Shown one piece after another: positions 11,842-23,083 of a DNA stretch of 64,000 nucleotides; position 1 is the first letter of the stretch, and each line of letters starts with the position of its first letter. The translations under genes were made by a program, and so were the position numbers. Origin of the DNA: Amphiscolops sp. MND2022 (taxonomy: Eukaryota). Where the stretch lies: assembly GCA_964187785.1 (NCBI GenBank), contig OZ076409.1, forward strand, positions 55,926,001 through 55,990,000. Reading direction: 5' to 3'. The notes below the pieces were generated by a model. That model did no database searches. It saw nothing but the letters and a program-made list of their open reading frames with translations, and was not told the DNA's origin.

Positions 11842-12832
11842 TTTTTAGTCGGCGCATTTTATCAAAATGAGCCCGACTATCACAGTGGCAAGTTTTTTTC
11901 GTCAGACCACAGAATGTATGCGTCACGTTTCAAGATAAAAACCGAAAAAAAACGGTAGTGGACACTTTTTCAGAACTACTAAAAGTACTGGACCGGCAAG
12001 CGGAAATACATCTGAGTTACTGCAAAGGGTCCCCCTTTCGTGTACTCAATTTTTAACGTAAGATACAAAACCGGACGGGACTACAGGGTCCCGTTGAGTT
12101 TTTTTCGGCACTGTGCGACTTTTTTTCGAATTTTCTCTTGTCGCCAAACGGTCCCCCTTCAAGTTTTTTGATATTTTGCAGCAAACTGAAGTTTCAAAAA
12201 GCCCAAAGGGTCCCCCTTTCTAGTTTTGGAGATATTGCGGTTTATAGTTTAAGCATCAGATTTTTGGATGCATCCAGAAAATTCCACCTCCATACCGGGT
12301 TAATACATAACCCATTTCTAAAGCATTGCAGTAAGTTTCCGTTACGTTTTAACTATTTTTAGTCGGCGCATTTTATCAAAATGAGCCCGACTATCACAGT
12401 GGCAAGTTTTTTTTTCGTCAGACCACAGAATGTATGCGTCACGTTTCAAGATAAAAACCGAAAAAAAACGGTAGTGGAATTTTTTTTCAGCACTGTGCGA
12501 CTTTTTTTCGAATTTTCCCTTGTCGCCAAACGGTCCCCCCTTCAAGTTTTTTGATATTTTGCAGCAAACTGAAGTTTCAAAAAGCCCAAAGGGTCCCCCT
12601 TTCTAGTTATCGGCACTGTGAGACTGTTTCAAAATTCTCATTTTTTGTTTTTTCGAAAATTTTTTCAAAAAAACATCAGATTTTTTTAATGTCTCCTTCA
12701 ATTTTTTTTTGATATTTTGCAACAGACTGGATTTTCAAAAAGCCGAAAGGGTCCCCCCTTTTACAAGTTTAAAAACTTAGCGCTTCTTTGAGCCTTAGAT
12801 ATAGCGCCGACGTTAGACGTTCCCGTCTTGTT
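11842..12832 (+). mobile_element. DINE-1/Helentron-like repeat, family 1, with duplicated 5' end
   Basis: Starts TTTTTAGTCGGCGC..CGACTA (also at 12356); internal ~120-bp GGGTCCCCC repeats; ends GCGCCGAC-hairpin-CTTGTT. Confidence 0.75.
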
Positions 12833-13967
12833 CTATTTAAAGACATGAAAAAGATTATGTTCCAGTGCACATGTTTATTGAAGTTTCTTGAGGCAAAGAA
12901 TTGCAACTATCACAGCTCTCTAAGATTGAGCTAAACCAACTAAAACGATATCAAGAGTGAAATGCATGTTTTATGAGAGTATGTTACTTTATATCGAACG
13001 AAATTTTTGATATTTTCCAAAAAGAAAAATTTCGTTTCATAAAGTTTTAGTTTTCAAAAGTTTTGAAGCAGGTTTTGTTAAGAAAATGGTCTTCTCTTGT
13101 CGGAGTGCAAATCGAGGGGATCCAATTGATTCATCGTGAATGTATCCAGCAGTAGGACTTAAGACTAATTAATTGCCATCTTCGAAAGGCACTTACACAT
13201 TGCTAGCTCGAACATGCTCACTGAAGTCTTTCTAAAATCGATGTGTTTCTTATTCAATCACTTTACTCTTCGCTGTAAAAATATACCAAATAGCTATTTG
13301 TTTCGTTCTTCAACTCTGTCGATATTAGCACTCACAAAAACATTCAAAAATTCAAAAAAGGTTTTTAAAATGGCATATACCAATTGAAACGTGGAACATT
13401 TTGAAGTTTTTGCTTTTTGACACTGGTGCTTTTCCGTTAAATCCTTTTTTAAAACTTCAGTTACTTCTTCAAACACATATACTACTCCTTTATATTACGA
13501 TAGTTGAATTCTGTGGAAAATCTAAATATTTGTATATAGTTGAAACATGGTAAAATTTGTCAAAATCGGCCATTTTCTAACGCTTTAAAACGGGCTATTT
13601 TGTTACAATTACAAAATCGGCCGTTTTGTTACCCTCATTAAATTTGTAGATTTTGTTATGCCTAATAATCGGCCATTTTGTGATCTCTCCGGCTCAAAAA
13701 CTCAAAGCGAAAGTAGAAATTCAGAAGCACCAAATCGCATGTACTGAAGAAAAAAGTTAAACGTCGCTTTTAATAGAGCGCTCGTTTTTATTACTTCATT
13801 TCAGAAGACACGCTCAATATAATTGTTCAATATTTATTCTACATTTGGCCAATCTCCAGCTTGAGAAAACTTGAAATGCAGTATAACGACTAAACTGTGA
13901 TTTGCGATCTTTTAGATGAACTTTTAATTCATTGGATTATTCATTTTTGAGAATTTTACCGCAGCGC

Positions 13968-15053
13968 ATGAACTGGATTTTGTTGTTGTTGCTCGTAGCA
14001 ATAATCCAATCCTCTTCCTCATTGCTCAAAGAGTTGAGACTACCCGGTTTTAAACCAAGTCACAATAACCAGTATGTCTGTGCAGCCAGAAAATTGGATG
14101 AGCAAGCCAGTTATTTCATTAGGAGTTTCTCTCCTTCCGATCTCAATGGAGCTGCCCATCATATTCTTCTGTACGGTTGCGAGATACCTGGTTCAATGAA
14201 AGATGTGTGGATATGTGACGTTGGTTATCTCCAAGCCAAAGAATTCAGCCAAAACGAAAAGGAACAAGATTTGAAAGGTTTCGAAACCGCTCCTATTTGT
14301 GGCTCCGATTATTCAAATATCATTTTTGCAGAAGCAATGCAATCTAGAGACTATCACTTGCCGAATGATGTTTCTTTCAAGGTGGGAAAGGGCACAAGAA
14401 TGAAGTATCTCGTTATTCAAGTACATTATAAAGATGTGAGTAAATTCAAAAAATACCCTGATTTGAAAGATTATTCGGGAATCGACATTCAGTATGAAAC
14501 ACACCCGACTAAATTTTTGGGAGGTGTCCTTCTGTTGGAATCAGGTGTGGGGCAAATTCCTCCAAACAGGTATGAGGGAGACCTCCAAACTGTGGATGTC
14601 ATTTGCACACCGAGCGATATCCCAAGACAGGATGCCATTGTACCGTTCGCATTCAGGGCCCATGCCCACAGCCATGGAGTCTTGGTTGGTGGCTTTCGTG
14701 TTAGAACTAATCCATGGACCCATCAAAACACCTGGACTATGATTGGGCGAAAAAGTCCAAAAGTGGAGCAAACGTTCTATCCAGTAGAAACTGATATCGT
14801 AATCCAGCCCTCCGATGACCTTTTTGCGAGATGTGTTTACACCAACCCAACTGATGAAACAATTCGAATAGGGCTATCGCGTCACGATGAAATGTGCAAC
14901 TTCTATATCATGTACTATAGCTCGGACAGTTCTTCAGAAAAATTCCAACGTTGTTTCAACACAGGAGAAGAGAAATGGATTGATCATACATTTGTTCCTG
15001 ATTGGGTACAAAAAGCTAGCTTGTTTTCCTTACCAGAACAAGAATATGTTTGA
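13968..15053 (+). CDS. PHM: Peptidylglycine alpha-hydroxylating monooxygenase (monofunctional PHM, copper type II ascorbate-dependent), 361 aa, intronless
   Basis: Signal peptide MNWILLLLLVAII; CuH ligands AHHILLYGC and IQVHY; CuM ligands FRAHAHSHG and DEMCNFYIMYY; conserved cysteines. First ATG is at 13968. No PAL or transmembrane domain. Confidence 0.95.
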   Translation: MNWILLLLLVAIIQSSSSLLKELRLPGFKPSHNNQYVCAARKLDEQASYFIRSFSPSDLNGAAHHILLYGCEIPGSMKDVWICDVGYLQAKEFSQNEKEQDLKGFETAPICGSDYSNIIFAEAMQSRDYHLPNDVSFKVGKGTRMKYLVIQVHYKDVSKFKKYPDLKDYSGIDIQYETHPTKFLGGVLLLESGVGQIPPNRYEGDLQTVDVICTPSDIPRQDAIVPFAFRAHAHSHGVLVGGFRVRTNPWTHQNTWTMIGRKSPKVEQTFYPVETDIVIQPSDDLFARCVYTNPTDETIRIGLSRHDEMCNFYIMYYSSDSSSEKFQRCFNTGEEKWIDHTFVPDWVQKASLFSLPEQEYV

Positions 15054-15313
15054 AAACCAAGCGTAACCACGAATTCCACAAATAGCAGCAACTGTGCTCA
15101 AGTTGTTTTCAAGATTGTAACATTCTAATATCTGCTGGCTGTGGAAATGATGTGTGAGGCTGATTGCGAATTTTTATTGATTGTAGAACTATAGAGACAA
15201 CTATAGAGACTTTAATTTCACCCTATGAATTCACTATAATTTTTTTGGGTATTTTGAATGACCCAAATAGCGCAAAATTTGGATGAGGGTTTTTGGATTT
15301 GCGACAATCAGGG

Positions 15314-16560
15314 CAGGGTGACCACTTCGATCAACTCAAATTTCTGACCTACCAAAAATCTACAATTTCTGATCTGAAAAAAACAATATGAATTCAAAAA
15401 TTATCGTCCCGCATCTTCCCATCATTCTGAATGAAAACATATATGGATGAAAAATGAAATTCAACTGAACATAGAAGAAATTATTTCATCAGATACATTG
15501 TCTCGTCGGGCAATTACACCACTTTTCATCGCTTCCAGTTCTTGTTTGCGTTTTTTAGCTTGAACAAATGCAATCTCTGCTTCGGCGAGTTCTTTTCCTG
15601 CTTCTTGGAGCTCTCTGTCCAACGCTTTATCTGCTTTCCGCTTAAAAACCAGAACTTCGACATGTTTTTTATTATCACTTTTTTCGACTTCTTGAAGACT
15701 GCTCTGTTCATCTTTGTACATTTTTGATGCTGATTTGGCCAATTTTAGAAGTGATTCCGTCGGCTTGAAATCTTCGAAAGCATCCCGGGAAAAATTATCC
15801 GCCACAAGTCGGAAGCTGTTGTACATATCAACACTGAAGTTAGCTTGATAATTATCTTCGAAGAACTTCATTTTACTGAAACCTGACTCTACCATCATAT
15901 TATGCGGACAGAGCACTGAACAACACTCCACTAATTTGGAGATGCAAGGAAATTCTGTCAACTCATTTTCAAGAAAAAGATTTATTAACTTGAATTCCGT
16001 TGTTATTTTGACCCTGAGTTTCGCATAGTCGTCCGCAACGTCAGTGGGGGATAAATTAAATCTCTGCAAAAGGTCTTTCAAATGTCGAATTGTCACATCC
16101 GAATAAACCAGCGAACTTTGGAAAATGATATACATTTTCCTCACAATTTGTGATCCAAGAAATTTATCAGACCGAGCCTTTAAAAGATTGTGTTATTTGA
16201 ATATTTGAACCAGCTACAGAAGTTACCGCTTTCATATGAATACTGCAAGCTTCGTGACGCTTCAGTGCTTGACTGCCACATTTTATGTCAATTAATTTTC
16301 CAGGGCAATACTTGCATTTGGCCTTATGTGCATTTTCAGGAACGGGTAATACCCAGCTAAATAAAGTCTTCCAAATATCTTGGAACTTACAGATCCCCAT
16401 GAATCTGAAAAAAATATTTTTAATTAAACATAACTTTAATGTTAGAAAACTCCTAATAAATATCACAATAAATAGTTAGCTATTCTTCGTTGGTCAGAAA
16501 CGTTTTCTGACCTAGGTTCGATTTCTGACCATTTCTGACTGGGGTTTCTGAAACAGGGTG
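15314..16560 (-). mobile_element. Internally deleted hAT-like DNA transposon relic
   Basis: N-terminal zinc finger (W..AKCKYC..G..LKRH..H; 16167-16400) abuts a hAT dimerisation-like C-terminus (LCPHNMMVESGFSKMK; 15461-16144) with the catalytic core missing. TIR-like CAGGGTGACCAC at 15314 and subterminal TTTCTGACC repeats. Confidence 0.65.
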
Positions 16561-17721
16561 CTATTCGATGAAATTTTTGCCTCGAAAATTCTTGTTTTAA
16601 TAACAGCGCTGTAAAAGTTTGCTTGTATAACATGGTATTATCACAAAGGCATTCAATTATATAAATTACATAAGCGATATACATTCGGCAACTTCATCAA
16701 TAAACAACACGACGAAAAACTGGATGTTCTTTCAAAAAAAGCGCTCAGTACCAAGAACCCCAGCATCGGAAATATTCAGGCTCGAAAAATGTTCGAAAAT
16801 TGAAAACATCAAAAGACCAAAAAGGACCCTTTGAAAGTTTTAAAAATCGAAAAAATTGCAGTGTAGAAAAAAATCAAACGTTTGAAAATTTTCGAACGCG
16901 TTTTTCTCCAAGAATACTAAAAAAAAACAATGTAAAAAAAGTTTCTCAAACGCTTTTTTCAAAAAAACTTACACACTTGCCGAAAATTTCAAAGAAGAAA
17001 CCATTTAGGTTTGTGAAACGTCTGTTGCGCTGTTGAATTAAGATAAAAGAAAAGGTACTTTTAGGTAAAAAATTTTTTAAGGGGCGATAAATCCTTCATA
17101 TTTGCAAACATCAGAAAAGTCGTCGGCCGGTTCAAACACCAGTGGATGTGCACTTATTCATCAGGATTAACGGTGTCACACCATATCACATAATCTGCTG
17201 CAGGAAACTGAACTGCAAGAAAATATATATGAAGCCGTATTTTCATTACACATGGAACCTGATAAAAATTGAACAGTTGAACAGAACCCTAGAACTTTGG
17301 AAATATAATCCTTCTGTAAAACTTCTGTAATATAATCCACATTGAGTTGAAAGAAGTTTTGAATTCGAAATCTTTGTAATTTGCACGTCATTAGAGGTAA
17401 CAAATGAAAATACACTTCTTTTCAAAATTGTGAACCAATTAGTTACACAGCTAAATGTAACCTTTGATTTGAGTGTTCGAGGAATTTACAGAAAGTCAAA
17501 TTTCAGGACAAGTACTCCAAAAAATTGAATTGAACAAATATTTGCCCCTGCGGGTGAACACTCCTTTTCAATCGCTATATAGTGCACAGTTATTCACTGT
17601 ACCAATTTACATGAATGAATATTCAATTCATATGTTACCCCGTAGGGTTTACAAAACTCAAACTTTCAAGTTTACAGCGGACACCGTCGGTGACCAATTT
17701 ACAATACATACGGAGGTGCGT

Positions 17722-19830
17722 TAATCTTACGGTGCTTGTCAAGTTCATCAGTTGGTCAAGTTTCAGCAGACTGGGGTTTTCTTGATAGCACTTGCTTAGG
17801 TAGTTTGCACGTGTCTTGTAACTCAGCGCAGACCGGTAAAAAGTGGTACTCATCAGCATTCACTTGATTATTACAGAGTGGACAATGCGTCTCCCTTACC
17901 CCTGTAAATTTTTCCTTGACCTCTGCTATAGTCAGCGCAGCACATCGAAATCTGCTCAACTCAATTCTGTCTTTGGTCTTCAGGTAAAAACATATGGCTC
18001 GATTCGATATTTGTATTTATATGCAGCATACACTCTGCAGAGTGAGTTATTTTTCATTGATGTGATCCACTGTTGTATTGACATCATGCAGCATTTTCTT
18101 CTTATACTCTTTAAAGTGAGCTTCATTACCATTTTCGATAAAATGATAAGCGCCGGGAATTCGGCATTTTATCAGTATTGATTGAACACAAGACAACCAT
18201 TTTTCTGGATTTTTCAAGTAGGCTTTGAAGTCATTTACAATTGTGTTTAATAGTGTTGATAAATTATCACCCTGCCTAACACCAACTTCATGTTTGAAAA
18301 AAAACTAGAATAACAGTTGCCCACTTTGACACATGCTTTTGTTTTCGGGTAGAGACCAGGTATGACTTTGAAAGTTTTCCCATTGATATTATGACCCTGT
18401 AACTTCTTCCAAAGAATTGCTCGATCAACTAAATCGAATCAAATACTATCTTGACCAGCTGATTTCCGGCATTTAAGATTTTTCAGAGATTCTCGCACCT
18501 CTTCATAATTGAAATTTCTATTCAATTCAACATTGATGTTCCCTTCTGGGAACTCTACTTCATCAACACAAAAGTTTCGGTAGCAAAAACAAATGTTGAA
18601 AGTGTTCAGAGAAAGTTTTAATATCTAATAGTGGAAGGGGACTTTTCCCTTCCAAAGTGCCTTCCGACCTGTAATTTTTGGAGTTTTTTTGTCGAAGTCT
18701 CAGTAGTTTTCCATTGAATTTTTTCAAGAACGTTTTTTCAGGATTATGAAGTTTTTGTAACTTTTGAGAGCTGTTTTTTTTCGGTTATGCTTCTCGAGTT
18801 CCTACACTCACTTCTATATTCAGTCTTTTTTTACATGACATTCCATGTCGACCATTGGATTTTTCATGACACTCGACGAGGGGTACGTAAAACATTCGAT
18901 ATTTCTGCAGAGTTAACAAGTATACGTCTTGAATCTCGATCAATTTTATTGATTTCAGACAAAGTTGCATTTTTTGCAGCAAATTACCAATGTTACTAAG
19001 GTCTTGATTTTCCAGTGACTTCAAAAAAATTGGACTTTAACACATCATCCCAGACTTTTTCATTCCAACGAAGGATTCATTATTTTTATTAACTTCCACA
19101 TCAACAGCTCTTAAGATTTCAACTTTCAGACCGCAGTGGACGTCTGATAAACTTGGATCAAATTGTTTTTTTCAAAGTTAATTAATTTATCAATCAAAAA
19201 AGTGTCAGCAATTATGTAATCTACCACACTCTTTCCGTTGTAATTGTTATAAGTAAAATTACCAAACCCTCTGTCCTTGCCACTTTGCCCATTCAGTATC
19301 ACAATATCAGTTGTCTTACATGCCTCAATCAATGATCGTAAATTTGTATTTATTAGAGTCTTCAATTGTTCGTTCAGACGGTTCAAGTCCTTCGCCATCT
19401 ATGTCTTTAAAATCTTGCATGGTACCAGTTCTTGCATTGAAATCCCCCATTACCATCATTTCACTGTCCTGTTTTTATTCGTTCTATATCTTCCAAAAGT
19501 GATGCGACGGTATTCTTATTCCAGTTTCTAGAATTTTCACAAGGCATATAATACAAGCCTACCAATAATGGCGCTTCTGAGGTAAAGATTCGAACCCAGA
19601 CCAAGATCAGTTTCAAAAAAAACAATGCGGTATGTTTTTTCTAACCAAGAGTGCCAGTCGATGATACCCTTTAGGTAATTTTTGATCATAGCCAAAAAAG
19701 ATGTCAAAATTCTCGAACTCTTTGGAGGAAAAACAGTTTCTCAACGTTTCTGCAAAACCAATTACGTTGTACCTATTAACTTCTTCTTGTATTACGTGCA
19801 TCTTTGTTTTCGCATTCAGACCTCGTTACA
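17722..19830 (-). mobile_element. Decayed non-LTR retrotransposon (LINE), APE endonuclease-RT-C-terminal CCHC
   Basis: APE motifs IGFAET, VMGDFNARTG (~19420-19456) and SVVDYII. RT motif VGVRQGDNLS (~18258-18287). C-terminal CPLC..DEYHFLPVC. Many frameshifts and deletions. Confidence 0.85.
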
Positions 19831-22800
19831 TAGCCTTTAATTTTTCTCGGACTAAAGAAAATACAACTACTGAGCGTAGACAAAATTTCGTATTCGCATT
19901 TGAATGCAGGCGAGGCACTCAGCGAGCGAATAATTAGCACTCGTTCGCTTCATCTCAATAACTCGGCGTATGAAAGCAGAAATAATAAAAATCGGTCATT
20001 GATATGAATTTATTTTTCCAAACATATATTCAGAAGCCTCGAAGATTGTTCTTAATAAGCCGACGTTTTCTAAAAATCTTCAAAATTGAACATTCAATTC
20101 ACGCAAGGCAATAATCAAAAATGTTTCTTACAGCCAATAATTCAAACTTCATTGTTCAGAAATATACGAACAGAAGAAAGTGGTATTTCCAGTAACACAC
20201 TAAGGTACAAAAAAGCACTCGATTTGGCTGAAGAAATTTTTCAAAGTGCAATATCTTTTAGTATATTCATTTTTCAAAAAAGTCTCAAGAGCAGAAGCCT
20301 CTAAAATTTTGGTTAGAATTACAACGGGTTTTTTCGTTTCGAAGTAGAATCAAAATTTTAAAAAATCTCACATTGCATTTCGAGGAATTTTGGAATTTTT
20401 CGAACTTTATTACGCGTTATCTCACAAACAACTGGTCAGAAGGAAAACTTCTTTCGATTTCTATAATCTTGACACCGTTCTTTAACGTTCATTTTCAACA
20501 CTTTTTCCTGAAAATCCTTTCTTGAAGAAGGAACAGCTGAAAATAAGCTGTAATTTCTGCAAAAGTGTGTTTACGGAATAAGAATTGAAGAATTTTCATT
20601 TTGTGGTCATTTTGCTGTGTGAATTCATAGGGAGAGCAATTTCAGAAAGTTTTTAAAATCAAAAGTTGGAGTCAAGTTTGTTTTCGAGATTATGATAAAT
20701 TATTTCAGGAAATGCCAAAAATCGAAAATATTTTGCCGAAAAAAACTAGTTATTTAATCAAAATTTGAAAGTTATGCCACTGGAACTTTGGTGCCAATTG
20801 TGTATGTAAAAATCTATTGCATTTTGAAATATTTACCAAATCAAGTGTCTCCAGCTTTTTGGTACCCTATTGTATATTCCCAGATGGTTTGCTAGTTATT
20901 CACTGAAGAACACCAATGACACTCGTTATGCCCAAACAAGAATGAATGCGAAGGACAGTTTTACTTTCTCAATTCCAGCGCTCCTTCAATTGCAACGGCA
21001 ACGAAGAACAATTTGACAACGAGGTTCATTAGATTCCCTGTGAGACATGTTAATTAGTAACATAGATTTGGAACCTCTTTGAATAAAACAATGTGCTGAA
21101 GAATTACATTTAACAAAAACTGAAATATTGGATTATATAGATTGATACATGAATTTATTAGACCAGACAACAAAAGCACGAAAAAATTGGAACTTGAATG
21201 GTGCGCCTAACGTGATGACTATGAAGATCTTTCAAATGATCTGAGAGAATCAGCTCTGTAGTTTGGGCATATCAATCAATAATTCGGCAATCAATATTTA
21301 ATCAATACCAAGTAAATTCCAGTTCAACGGTATGAAATTGAGGGTATATCGCAAATGTATTTTTGTGATTCAAGCAAAGTAATAATGATGCAACAGATGA
21401 ATACAACGAGATAAAGTTCCAACTACAAGCACGGCATAATAAAAATAGTTCCGAGGCAAAGCATCGTTCTTTTTCTTTCTGGTAATTTCTTTCCAACGAT
21501 TGGATGCGAAACTCAAATGCAATCTACACAGACCCGCTACCTACTAAATAATACTTTAAGCAGAAGGTAATCAAACTTCGGGGTGCACTGCAGACGTTTG
21601 CCTCAGAAATAAACATAATGCGCCTTCGATAAAACCTAATGTTCAAACAACTATTTTTTGCGATTATGGTCTTTGGTTTATTAGCACCGCTTGAAACATT
21701 CACAAAAATAGATTGACAAAAAACACATGCTGCTGATCAAAAACTACAATGGAAGTACTTCAGAGGCTCTATTTGCAAAGGGTAACTTCTAACCATACTC
21801 TTTAAGAACGAATACTCTCTGAATTGCCACATAGAACCATCTGAATTTAGTACCCTCGAAAAGTAGGAACCTTGGGAAATCCTACGTGGAGTATATTTTC
21901 CAAAGGTATCATGTTGTACAAGTAAGATACATTTGAGACCAGGCATACATCATAAATACACAGAGATATCGATAAAACCAAATACACAACCATAGACGCA
22001 CATTGAGGCCGAAGTTTTCATCATCATAAGCTCCATTATCGATTTAAGCCTAAATGCAACTGAAACGTTTAGTCGTGACTCGCAAATTACAAATAACGGC
22101 CTTCATAAAAAATTCTTTCAGCTTACAAGGCCAAAAATACCTTGGGTTGGATGTGAACGATGGCAACTTCTTGTTTATTGAAAGGAGTTTGAATGCAGGT
22201 TTTTCATACGATGGCAAACAAAATTCGGCATCCCCCAATTTATAAAAAACTTTAAAATATTATTGCATTTTTTATTTGCCAATTTTTTTTCTGAGCCCTT
22301 AATTTGTTGAATATCTAATTGGAAGGACAATTCAGTCTACAACTGATTTGGATAGCACGAAATTTAATCCAGCACATGAGAACATACGTTGTTTTTCCAC
22401 GGTGATTTACATTCAGACAACTGCTCAATAGAATAATTTTCAAATCAAAAAATAGCCATGCCTCTCTTCTGACCGAGGACAGTCTATGGATTTCATTCAA
22501 TGATGTTTTCATTGAAAACAACAATTTTGATAGATTTTTCGAACTCATTGAAGTCGGAAAACTTTTCGAAATCAGCAACTTTAGAGCTGTCAGGGAAGGT
22601 ATTAATAGATTGATCCATCTTTGGCATGAAAGTTCACAAACGCAACCACATTTCGAATCTCCCCAACTTTTGATGAGCAAGGTCTCTTTCAATTGAGAGC
22701 AGCCATTTTTTGATAACACAATATTTCATACGGGTGGAAATACCATTTGACCAATAGAAACATGCTATACAAGTTACTTAGCAGCTATTTATATTACAAC

Positions 22801-22949
22801 TTCAAAACAATGGAACTTCGACAGTTTACATCAATGCATTTTTGAAGCTATCGAAGGTTTTTGGGTTATTAAAATAAGCGTGAAGGGGTAATGCAATTAG
22901 AAGCAATTAAGACGTAACGATTACGTAATGAGTGGGGTGTTCAGTGTCA

Positions 22950-23083
22950 TCACCATGCATGTAGTGCCTCTTGTCTCCGCCGAAGATCCTCTTCAATGAC
23001 ACCAGTGTGCAGATTGGAGGGTCGTGCTGTCCCATGTTTGATACAATGCAAAATGTACTCCTGCCAAACTTCTTGACATTTGC
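22950..23083 (-). CDS. HELZ: HELZ-like terminal coding exon
   Basis: Acceptor GTGTTCAG, phase 1. Encodes GKCQEVWQEYILHC..LHAW*, matching the GxC..W..(F/Y)I..C segment that follows helicase motif VI. Confidence 0.8.

Noticed and set aside
13932..13967. TTG-initiated N-terminal extension of PHM given in the ORF track
   Set aside because: Eukaryotic gene; the ATG at 13968 begins a clean signal peptide.
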